From Utricularia gibba (taxonomy: Eukaryota; Plantae; Magnoliophyta), in NCBI GenBank assembly GCA_002189035.1, contig NEEC01000301.1, positions 1 through 31,001 on the forward strand: a stretch of DNA of 31,001 nt. The letters are read 5' to 3'. The notes below the pieces were generated by a model, which was not told where the DNA came from, did not search any database, and saw only the letters and a program-made list of their open reading frames with translations. Shown here piece by piece: positions 9,301-20,300 of this stretch (its first letter is position 1; each line of letters opens with the position of its first letter). Both the position numbers and the translations under genes were made by a program.

Positions 9301-10184
9301 ATACTTGAAGAGGCGGTCTTGGGGTGCACCTAGAACGGGACAAAGGTCAGGTTGGCTTTGCCGAGAGTTAGTTGTAGCCCGGCAATGAAAGTGATGTATT
9401 TATTAACGTTTGGTTTTCGGGTTGCCTACATGGTTTTTCAAGGAAAAGCTTCTCGTTTTGTGGCGGCTGCTCTCGCTGGGAACTTGGTCCGGGCCCCCGA
9501 TTCTATATGGCTCATGAGGTCAACCAGATGCAAATCGATGAATATAATGCATTTGTTTAAATTACGATATCACGTGCACCCTACATCATTTTTTCAACAA
9601 TACTTTATACTTGAGCAGGTGGTCTTGGGGGCAAGAGGAACAGGACAAAGGTCAGCATAGGCTTTGGCCGAAAGTAAGTTGTAGCCCGGCAAAGAAAGTG
9701 ATGTATGTATTAACGTTCGGTTTTCGGGTTGCTTACATGGTTTTTCAAGGAACAGCTTCTCCTTTAGTGGCGGCCAGTCTCGCTAGGAACTTGGTCCGGG
9801 CCCCTGACTCTTTATGGCTCATGAGGAGAAAAGGATGCAAATCCATGAATACAATGATGCATTTGTTTAAATTACGATATCACGTGCACCCTACATCATT
9901 TTTTCAACAACTACTTTATACTTGAGGAGGGGTCTTGGGGGGCAAGAGGAACCGGAAAAGGTCAGCTTAGGCTTGGGCCGAAAGTAAGTTGTAGCCCGGC
10001 AAAGAAAGTGATGTATTTATTAACGTTCGGTTTTCGGAAGCTGCCTAAATGCTTTTTGAAAGAACATCTTCTCGTTTTATGGCGGCCAGTCTCGCTGGGA
10101 ACTTGGTCCTTGACCCTGGTTCTGTATGGCTCATGGGGTGATGAAAAAAAATGATGCATTTGTTTAAATTACGGTATCACGTGC
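6395..10184. repeat. Tandem satellite, block 3 (about 12.3 monomers)
   Basis: Landmarks at 6616, 6930, 7243, 7553, 7858, 8166, 8471, 8780, 9082, 9391, 9698 and 10008. Confidence 0.98.
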
Positions 10185-10919
10185 CCTGGTTATATTCATA
10201 TTGTGCATTTTGGTGAGGAGAGCAGATTCACCATAAGTTTTCTCAACTTCATTACCATCTCTTAGTTCCAATCTCTTTTCTGTAGATTGCAACTCAATCA
10301 TGAACTCTCTAAATGTTGGCTCTGGTGTAACAGGATATTCAGGATACAGCTGATGGAGCTTTCCTTCAATAATGTCAAGGATTTTTCTTTCTGTCTCAAG
10401 TGCACATAACTTTGGCTCGAATCTTGCAGGTAGGCTCATGATTGCCTTGCTAATCACCTTTTGATCCTCAAGTTTTTCCCCCAATCCTCGAATCTCCTTC
10501 ACAAGCTTCGCAGTACGTTCATAATAGACTTGTATGGTTTCATTGTCTAACATTTTGTTCCTCTCAAAGTCCTCCAGCTTGTTTTTGCATAATATCTCTC
10601 TGAGTTTGGCATCGCCTTCATAATGGGATTTGAGAGTATCCCATATTTCTTTTGCTGATTGACACTCTGCAATATCATCAAATAGATGTTCAGAGATGGC
10701 TTGATACAAGGCATCCATTGCTTCATCTTTTCTCTGTTGAAGATACTCAGCTTCCTCTTGCTGTTCTGATGTGGATTTGCTTGTTATTGTAATAGCCGGA
10801 ATCTCCCTTTCAACAACATCCCAAATCTTTCTGACCCGAAGGTAGCTGCGCATCTTTTTGACCCAGCTTCCATACTCTGAACCATCAAATATTGGAGGTC
10901 CTCTACCAGATGCCATCAT
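10164..10919 (-). CDS. gag: C-terminally truncated copia Gag, 251 aa, copy 3
   Basis: The ORF-track translation (10164..10925) is identical to that of copy 2. Confidence 0.88.
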   Translation of the reverse strand: MMASGRGPPIFDGSEYGSWVKKMRSYLRVRKIWDVVEREIPAITITSKSTSEQQEEAEYLQQRKDEAMDALYQAISEHLFDDIAECQSAKEIWDTLKSHYEGDAKLREILCKNKLEDFERNKMLDNETIQVYYERTAKLVKEIRGLGEKLEDQKVISKAIMSLPARFEPKLCALETERKILDIIEGKLHQLYPEYPVTPEPTFREFMIELQSTEKRLELRDGNEVEKTYGESALLTKMHNMNITRARDTVI

Positions 10920-11025
10920 AGCCACCGCTTGACAAGCTTTGGGTTGATACTTGGTAATCTACCAAGTAAAAAACGCTGAACGGTATATAAAATACTGAAA
11001 CGAACACAGGTTTGAGAACCTTACT

Positions 11026-11037
11026 GCTCTGATACCA
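11026..11037 (-). other. Primer-binding site for tRNA-iMet, copy 3
   Basis: Minus-strand TGGTATCAGAGC immediately after the LTR end. Confidence 0.95.
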
Positions 11038-11362
11038 TGTTGTTGCAAGAAAAATAGAGTCTTGGGAAGTAACAAAAAGGTAATGCTTATGAGATCACCT
11101 TGGATGAAAAACGACTCATGAACAATAAGAATGACCGAAAACCTAATTGACACGCATTTCTAGTAGGGCTTATATATACCAAATACCTAGGTTACCCAAC
11201 AGTGGGCCACAATCATTGAAAACACACAAAAAGCCCAACAACTCGAATCCAACACTTCCATGCTCGAACCCAACACCTTTTTTTATCTGAAATATGACAT
11301 TATGACACAAGTTTAGTTCTTCCAATCACCTTCAAGCTTTGGATTGAGGCTGATCTCCAACA
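11038..11362 (-). repeat. LTR, copy 3 (325 bp)
   Basis: TG...CA termini; matches the copy 2 LTR. Confidence 0.92.
11170..11178 (-). promoter_or_regulatory. Putative LTR TATA box, copy 3
   Basis: Minus strand GGTATATATAAGCCC. Confidence 0.6.
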
Positions 11363-14300
11363 CTTGGTCCGGGCCCCTGATTCTTTATGGCTCATGAGGA
11401 CAAAAGGATGCAAATCGATGAATACAATGATGCAATTGTTTAAATTACGATATCACGTGCACCCTACATGATTTTTTCAACAACTTACTTTATACTTGAG
11501 GAGGTGGTCTTGGGGGGCAAGAGGAACCGGACAAAGGTCAGCTTATGCTTGGGTCGAAAGTAAGTTGTAGCCTGACAAAGAAAGTGATCTATTTATTAAC
11601 GTTCGGTTTTCGGGGCTACCTACATGGTTTTTCAAGGAACCGCTTCTCGTTTTGTGGCGGCCAGTCTCGCTGGGAACTTGGTCCTTTACCCCGATTCTGT
11701 ATGGCTCATGAGGTCAACCGAATGCAAATCGATTAAAAAAAATGATGCATTTGTTTAAATTGCGATATGACGTGCACCCCACATGATTTTTTCAACAACT
11801 TACTTTATACTTGGGGAGGCGGTCTTGGGGTGCACCTGGAACGGGACAAAGGTAAGGTTTGGCTAGCGCCGAGAGTTAGTTGTAGCCCGACAAATAAAGT
11901 GATAAATTTGATATCGTTCGGTTTTCAGGGGCTACCTACATGGTTTTTCAAGGAACCGCTTCTCGTTTTGTGGCGGCCAGTCTCGCTGGGAACTTGGTCT
12001 TTGACCCCGATTCTGTATGGCTCATGAGGTCAACCGGATGCAAATCGATTAAAAAAAATGATGCATTTGTTTAAATTGCGGTATGACGTGCACCCCACAT
12101 GATTTTTTTCAACAACTTACTTTATACTTCAGGAGGCGGTCTTGGGGTGCACCTGGAACGGGACAAAGGTCAGCTTAGGCTTGGCAGAAAGTAAGTTGTA
12201 GCCCGCCAAAGAAAGTGATGTATTTATTATCGTTTGGTTTTCGGGGTTGCCTACATGGTTTTTCAAGGAACATCTTCTCGTTTTGTGGCTCGCTGGGGAC
12301 TTTTCCTGGACCCCGATTCTGTATGGCTCATGGGGTCAAAAGGATGCAAATCGATGAATAAAATGATGCATTTGTTTAATTACGATATCACGTGCACCCC
12401 ACATGATTTTTTCGACAACTTACTTTATACATGGGAGGCGGTCTTGGGGGTACCTGGAACCGGAAAATGGTCAGCTTAGGCTTGGGCCGATAGTAAGTTG
12501 TAGCCCGGCAAAGAAAGTGATGTATTTATTATCGTTCGGTTTTCGGGGGTTCCTACATGGTTTTTCAAGGAACATCTTCTCGTTTTGTGGCAGCCAGTCT
12601 CGCTGGGAGCTTTGTCCTGACCCCGATTCTGTATGGCTCATGGGGTCAAAAGGATGCAAATCGATGAATACAATGATGCATTTGTTTCAATTACGATATC
12701 ACGTGCACCCCACATGATTTTTTCGACAACTTACTTTATACATGGGAGGCGGTCTTGGGGGTACCTGGAACCGGAAAATGGTCAGCTTAGGCTTGGGCCG
12801 ATAGTAAGTTGTAGCCCGGCAAGAAAGTGATGTATTTATTAACGTTCGGTTTTCGGGGTTGCCTACATGGTTTTTCAAGGAACATCTTCCCGTTTTGTGG
12901 TGGCTAGTCTCGCTGGGAACTTTGTCCTGGACCTCGATTCTTTATGTCTTATGAGGTCAACCGGATGCAAATCGATGAAAAAAATTGATGCATTTGTTTA
13001 AATTACGATATCACGTGCACCCTACATGATTTTTTCAACAACTTACTTTATACTTGAGGAGGTGGTCTTGGGGGGCAAGAGGAACCAGACAACGGTCATA
13101 TTAGGCTTGGGCCGAAAGTAAGTTGTAGCCCGGCAAAGAAAGTGTTGTATTTATTAACGTTCGGTTTTCAGGGTTGCCTACATGGTTTTCCAAGGAAAAG
13201 CTTTTCGTTTTGTGGCGGCCGCTCTCGCAGGGCACTTGGTCCGGGCCCCTGATTCTTTATGGCTCATGAGGACAAAAGGATGCAAATCGATGAAAATAAT
13301 GATGCATTTGTTTAAATTACGATGTCGCGTGCACCCCAAATGATTTTTTAACAACATACTTTATACATGAGGAGGCGGTCTTGGGGGGCACTTGGAACCG
13401 GAAAAAGATCAGCTTAGGCTTGGGCGAAAGTAAGTTGTAGCCCGGCAAAGAAAGTGATGTATTTATTATCGTTCGGTTTACGGGGGCTTCCTACATGGTT
13501 TTTCAAGGAACATCTTCTCGTTTTATGGCGGCCAGTCTCGCTGGGAACTTGGTCCTTGACCCTGGTTCTGTATGGCTAATGGGGTCAACCGGATGCAAAT
13601 CGATGAAAAAAAATGATGCATTTGTTTAAATTGCGATATCACATGCACCCCACATGATTTTTTCAACAACTTACTTTATACTTGAGGAGGCGATCTTAGG
13701 GTGCACCTCGAACAGGACAAAGGTAAGGTTTGGCTTGCGCCAAGAGTTAGTTGTAGCCCGACAAAGAAAGTGATGTATTTATTATCGTTCGGTTTTTGGG
13801 GTTGCCTACATGGTTTTTCAAGGAACATCTTCTCGTTTTGTGGCAGCCAGTCTCGCTGGGAGCTTTGTCCTGGACCCCGATTCTGTATGGCTCATGGGGT
13901 CAAAAGGATGCAAATCGATGAATACAATGATGCATTTGTTTCAATTACGATATCACGTGCACCCCACATGATTTTTTCGACAACTTACTTTATACATGGG
14001 GAGGCGGTCTTGGGGGGTACCTGGAACCGGAAAATGGTCAGCTTAGGCTTGGGCCGATAGTAAGTTGTAGCCCGGCAAAGAAAGTGATGTATTTATTATC
14101 GTTCGGTTTCGGGGTTCCTACATGGTTTTTCAAGGAACATCTTCTCGTTTTGTGGCAGCCAGTCTCGCTGGGACTTTGTCCTGGACCCCGATTCTGTATG
14201 GCTCATGGGGTCAAATCATTGATGCATTTGTTTAAATTACGATATCACGTGCACCCTACATGATTTTTTCAACAACTTACTTTATATTTGAGGAGGTGGT

Positions 14301-17300
14301 CTTGGGGGGCAAGAGGAACCAGACAACGGTCATATTAGGCTTGGGCCGAAAGTAAGTTGTAGCCCGGCAAAGAAAGTGATGTATTTATTAACGTTCGGTT
14401 TTCAGGGTTGCCTACATGGTTTTCCAAGGAAAAGCTTTTCGTTTTGTGGCGGCTGCTCTCGCTGGGCACTTGGTCCGGGCCCCTGATTCTTTATGGCTCA
14501 TGAGGACAAAAGGATGCAAATCGATGAAAATAATGATGCATTTGTTTAAATTACGATGTCGCGTGCACCCCAAATGATTTTTTAACAACATACTTTATAC
14601 ATGAGGAGGCGGTCTTGGGGGGCACTTGGAACCGGAAAAAGATCAGCTTAGGCTTGGGCGAAAGTAAGTTGTAGCCCGGCAAAGAAAGTGATGTATTTAT
14701 TATCGTTCGGTTTTTGGGGTTGCCTACATGGTTTTTCAAGGAACATCTTCTCGTTTTGTGGTGGCAGTCTCGCTGGGAACTTGGTCCTTGACCCGATTCT
14801 GTATGGCTCATGGGGTCAACCGGATGCAAATCGATGAAAAAAATGATGCATTTGTTTAAATTACGATATCACGTGCACCCACATGATTTTTTCACAACTT
14901 ACTTTATACTGGGGAGGCGGTCTTGGGGGTACCTGGAACCGGAAAAGGTCAGCTTAGGCTTGGGCCGATAGTAAGTTGTAGCCCGGCAAAGAAAGTGATG
15001 TATTTATTAACGTTCGGTTTTCGGGGTTGCCTACATGGTTTTTCAAGGAACATCTTCTCGTTTTGTGGTGGCAGTCTCGCTGGGAGCTTTGTCCTGGACC
15101 CCGATTCTGTATGGCTCATGGGGTCAAAAGGATGCAAATCGATGAATACAATGATGCATTTGTTTCAATTACGATATCACGTGCACCCCACATGATTTTT
15201 TCGACAACTTACTTTATACATGGGGAGGCGGTCTTGGGGGTACCTGGAACCGGAAAATGGTCAGCTTAGGCTTGGGCCGATAGTAAGTTGTAGCCCGGCA
15301 AGAAAGTGATGTATTTATTAACGTTCGGTTTCGGGGTTGCCTACATGGTTTTTCAAGGAACATCTTCCCGTTTTGTGGTGGCTAGTCTCGCTGGGAACTT
15401 TGTCCTGGACCTCGATTCTTTATGTCTTATGAGGTCAACCGGATGCAAATCGATGAAAAAAATTGATGCATTTGTTTAAATTACGATATCACGTGCACCC
15501 TACATGATTTTTTCAACAACTTACTTTATACTTGAGGAGGTGGTCTTGGGGGCAAGAGGAACCAGACAACGGTCATATTAGGCTTGGGCCGAAAGTAAGT
15601 TGTAGCCCGGCAAAGAAAGTGATGTATTTATTAACGTTCGGTTTTCAGGGTTGCCTACATGGTTTTCCAAGGAAAAGCTTTTCGTTTTGTGGCGGCCGCT
15701 CTCGCAGGGCACTTGGTCCGGGCCCCTGATTCTTTATGGCTCATGAGGACAAAAGGATGCAAATCGATGAAAATAATGATGCATTTGTTTAAATTACGAT
15801 GTCGCGTGCACCCCAAATGATTTTTTTAACAACATACTTTATACATGAGGAGGCGGTCTTGGGGGCACTTGGAACCGGAAAAAGATCAGCTTAGGCTTGG
15901 GCCGAAAGTAAGTTGTAGCCCGGCAAAGAAAGTGATGTATTTATTATCGTTCGGTTTACGGGGGCTTCCTACATGGTTTTTCAAGGAACATCTTCTCGTT
16001 TTATGGCGGCCAGTCTCGCTGGGAACTTGGTCCTTGACCCTGGTTCTGTATGGCTAATGGGGTCAACCGGATGCAAATCGATGAAAAAAAAATGCATTTG
16101 TTTAAATTGCGATATCACATGCACCCCACATGATTTTTTCAACAACTTACTTTATACTTGAGGAGGCGATCTTAGGGTGCACCTCGAACAGGACAAAGGT
16201 AAGGTTTGGCTTGCGCCAAGAGTTAGTTGTAGCCCGACAAAGAAAGTGATGTATTTATTATCGTTCGTTTTGGGGTTGCCTACATGGTTTTTCAAGGAAC
16301 ATCTTCTCGTTTTGTGGCAGCCAGTCTCGCTGGGAGCTTTGTCCTGGACCCCGATTCTGTATGGCTCATGGGGTCAAAAGGATGCAAATCGATGAATACA
16401 ATGATGCATTTGTTTCAATTACGATATCACGTGCACCCCACATGATTTTTTCGACAACTTACTTTATACATGGGGAGGCGGTCTTGGGGGGTACCTGGAA
16501 CCGGAAAATGGTCAGCTTAGGCTTGGGCCGATAGTAAGTTGTAGCCCGGCAAAGAAAGTGATGTATTTATTATCGTTCGGTTTACGGGGGCTTCCTACAT
16601 GGTTTTTCAAGGAACATCTTCTCGTTTTGTGGCAGCCAGTCTCGCTGGGAGCTTTGTCCTGGACCCCGATTCTGTATGGCTCATGGGGTCAAAAGGATGC
16701 AAATCGATGAATACAATGATGCATTTGTTTCAATTACGATATCACGTGCACCCCACATGATTTTTTCGACAACTTACTTTATACATGGGGAGGCGGTCTT
16801 GGGGGTACCTGGAACCGGAAAATGGTCAGCTTAGGCTTGGGCCGATAGTAAGTTGTAGCCCGGCAAGAAAGTGATGTATTATTAACGTTCGGTTTTCGGG
16901 GTTGCCTACATGGTTTTTCAAGGAACATCTTCCGTTTTGTGGTGGCTAGTCTCGCTGGGAACTTTGTCCTGGACCTCGATTCTTTATGTCTTATGAGGTC
17001 AACCGGATGCAAATCGATGAAAAAAATTGATGCATTTGTTTAAATTACGATATCACGTGCACCCTACATGATTTTTTCAACAACTTACTTTATACTTGAG
17101 GAGGTGGTCTTGGGGGGCAAGAGGAACCAGACAACGGTCATATTAGGCTTGGCCGAAAGTAAGTTGTAGCCCGGCAAAGAAAGTGATGTATTTATTAACG
17201 TTCGGTTTTCAGGGTTGCCTACATGGTTTTCCAAGGAAAAGCTTTTCGTTTTGTGGCGGCCGCTCTCGCAGGGCACTTGGTCCGGGCCCCTGATTCTTTA

Positions 17301-20300
17301 TGGCTCATGAGGACAAAAGGATGCAAATCGATGAAAATAATGATGCATTTGTTTAAATTACGATGTCGCGTGCACCCCAAATGATTTTTTTAACAACATA
17401 CTTTATACATGAGGAGGCGGTCTTGGGGGCACTTGGAACCGGAAAAAGATCAGCTTAGGCTTGGGCGAAAGTAAGTTGTAGCCCGGCAAAGAAAGTGATG
17501 TATTTATTATCGTTCGGTTTACGGGGGCTTCCTACATGGTTTTTCAAGGAACATCTTCTCGTTTTATGGCGGCCAGTCTCGCTGGGAACTTGGTCCTTGA
17601 CCCTGGTTCTGTATGGCTAATGGGGTCAACCGGATGCAAATCGATGAAAAAAAATGATGCATTTGTTTAAATTGCGATATCACATGCACCCCACATGATT
17701 TTTTCAACAACTTACTTTATACTTGAGGAGGCGATCTTAGGGTGCACCTCGAACAGGACAAAGGTAAGGTTTGGCTTGCGCCAAGAGTTAGTTGTAGCCC
17801 GACAAAGAAAGTGATGTATTTATTATCGTTCGGTTTTTGGGGTTGCCTACATGGTTTTTCAAGGAACATCTTCTCGTTTTGTGGCAGCCAGTCTCGCTGG
17901 GAGCTTTGTCCTGGACCCCGATTCTGTATGGCTCATGGGGTCAAAAGGATGCAAATCGATGAATACAATGATGCATTTGTTTCAATTACGATATCACGTG
18001 CACCCACATGATTTTTTCGACAACTTACTTTATACATGGGGAGGCGGTCTTGGGGGTACCTGGAACCGGAAAATGGTCAGCTTAGGCTTGGGCCGATAGT
18101 AAGTTGTAGCCCGGCAAAGAAAGTGATGTATTTATTATCGTTCGGTTTACGGGGGCTTCCTACATGGTTTTTCAAGGAACATCTTCTCGTTTTGTGGCAG
18201 CCAGTCTCGCTGGGAGCTTTGTCCTGGACCCCGATTCTGTATGGCTCATGGGTCAAATACATTCCGATGCATTTGTTTAAATTACGATATCACGTGCACC
18301 CTACATGATTTTTTCAACAACTTACTTTTATTTGAGGAGGTGGTCTTGGGGGCAAGAGGAACCAGACAACGGTCATATTAGGCTTGGGCCGAAAGTAAGT
18401 TGTAGCCCGGCAAAGAAAGTGATGTATTTATTAACGTTCGGTTTTCAGGGTTGCCTACATGGTTTTCCAAGGAAAAGCTTTTCGTTTTGTGGCGGGTGCT
18501 CTCGCTGGGCACTTGGTCCGGGCCCCTGATTCTTTATGGCTCATGAGGACAAAAGATGCAAATCGATGAAAATAATGATGCATTTGTTTAAATTACGATG
18601 TCGCGTGCACCCCAAATGATTTTTAACAACATACTTTATACATGAGGAGCGGTCTTGGGGGGCACTTGGAACCGGAAAAAGATCAGCTTAGGCTTGGGAC
18701 GAAAGTAAGTTGTAGCCCGGCAAAGAAAGTGATGTATTTATTATCGTTCGGTTTACGGGGGCTTCCTACATGGTTTTTCAAGGAACATCTTCTCGTTTTA
18801 TGGCGGCCAGTCTCGCTGGGAACTTGGTCCTTGACCCTGGTTCTGTATGGCTAATGGGGTCAACCGGATGCAAATCGATGAAAAAAAAATGATGCATTTG
18901 TTTAAATTGCGATATCACATGCACCCCACATGATTTTTTCAACAACTTACTTTATACTTGAGGAGGCGATCTTAGGGTGCACCTCGAACAGGACAAAGGT
19001 AAGGTTTGGCTTGCGCCGAGAGTTAGTTGTAGCCCGACAAAGAAAGTGATGTATTTATTATCGTTCGGTTTTTGGGGTTGCCTACATGGTTTTTCAAGGA
19101 ACATCTTCTCGTTTTGTGGCAGCCAGTCTCGCTGGGAGCTTTGTCCTGGACCCCGATTCTGTATGGCTCATGGGGTCAAAAGGATGCAAATCGATGAATA
19201 CAATGATGCATTTGTTTCAATTACGATATCACGTGCACCCCACATGATTTTTTCGACAACTTACTTTATACATGGGGAGGCGGTCTTGGGGGTACCTGGA
19301 ACCGGAAAATGGTCAGCTTAGGCTTGGGCCGATAGTAAGTTGTAGCCCGGCAAAGAAAGTGATGTATTTATTATCGTTCGGTTTACGGGGGCTTCCTACA
19401 TGGTTTTTCAAGGAACATCTTCTCGTTTTGTGGCAGCCAGTCTCGCTGGGAGCTTTGTCCTGGACCCCGATTCTGTATGGCTCATGGGGTCAAATACATT
19501 GATGCATTTGTTTAAATTACGATATCACGTGCACCCTACATGATTTTTTCAACAAACTTACTTTATACTTGAGGAGGTGGTCTTGGGGGCAAGAGGAACC
19601 AGACAACGGTCATATTAGGCTTGGGCCGAAAGTAAGTTGTAGCCCGGCAAAGAAAGTGATGTATTTATTAACGTTCGGTTTTCAGGGTTGCCTACATGGT
19701 TTTCCAAGGAAAAGCTTTTCGTTTTGTGGCGGCGCTCTCGCTGGGCACTTGGTCCGGGCCCCTGATTCTTTATGGCTCATGAGGACAAAAGATGCAAATC
19801 GATGAAAATAATGATGCATTTGTTTTAAATTACGATGTCGCGTGCACCCAAATGATTTTTTTTAACAACATACTTTATACATGAGGAGGCGGTCTTGGGG
19901 GGCACTTGGAACCGGAAAAAGATCAGCTTAGGCTTGGGACGAAAGTAAGTTGTAGCCCGGCAAAGAAAGTGATGTATTTATTATCGTTCGGTTTACGGGG
20001 GCTTCCTACATGGTTTTTCAAGGAACATCTTCTCGTTTTGGCGGCCAGTCTCGCTGGGAACTTGGTCCTTGACCCGATTCTGTATGGCTAATGGGGTCAA
20101 CCGGATGCAAATCGATGAAAAAAAAATGATGCATTTGTTTAAATTACGATATCACGTGCACCCCACATGATTTTTTCAACAACTTACTTTATACTTGAGG
20201 AGGCGTCTTGGGTACCTGAACAGGACAAAGGTAGGTTTGGCTTGGCCGAAGTAAGTTGTAGCCCGACAAAGAAAGTGATGTATTTATTATCGTTCGGTTT

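Larger units (their letters stand above)
10185..11362 (-). mobile_element. Truncated Ty1/copia LTR retrotransposon, copy 3 (1178 bp)
   Basis: Same length, junctions and translation as copy 2, at an offset of 4968 bp. I saw no differences from copy 2 by eye. Confidence 0.96.
1..12200. repeat. Composite higher-order repeat: ordered satellite variants plus truncated copia cassette, about three units of 4.05-4.97 kb
   Basis: The same variant order flanks each cassette. TCACTAGG monomer (46, 4109, 9082), CAATGAAAG (360, 4420, 9391), GTCAGCATAGG (674, 4728, 9698), GGAAGCTGCCTAAATGC (986, 5041, 10008), then the cassette, then GCCTGACA/GTGATCT (2557, 6616, 11584) and ATAAAGTGATAA (2869, 6930, 11899). 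Confidence 0.92.

Noticed and set aside
1163-11362. Three independent transposition events or intact retrotransposons
   Set aside because: The junctions and flanking variants are identical, there is no TSD (CTTGG occurs only on the LTR side), and protease, integrase, RT and a native 3' LTR are absent.
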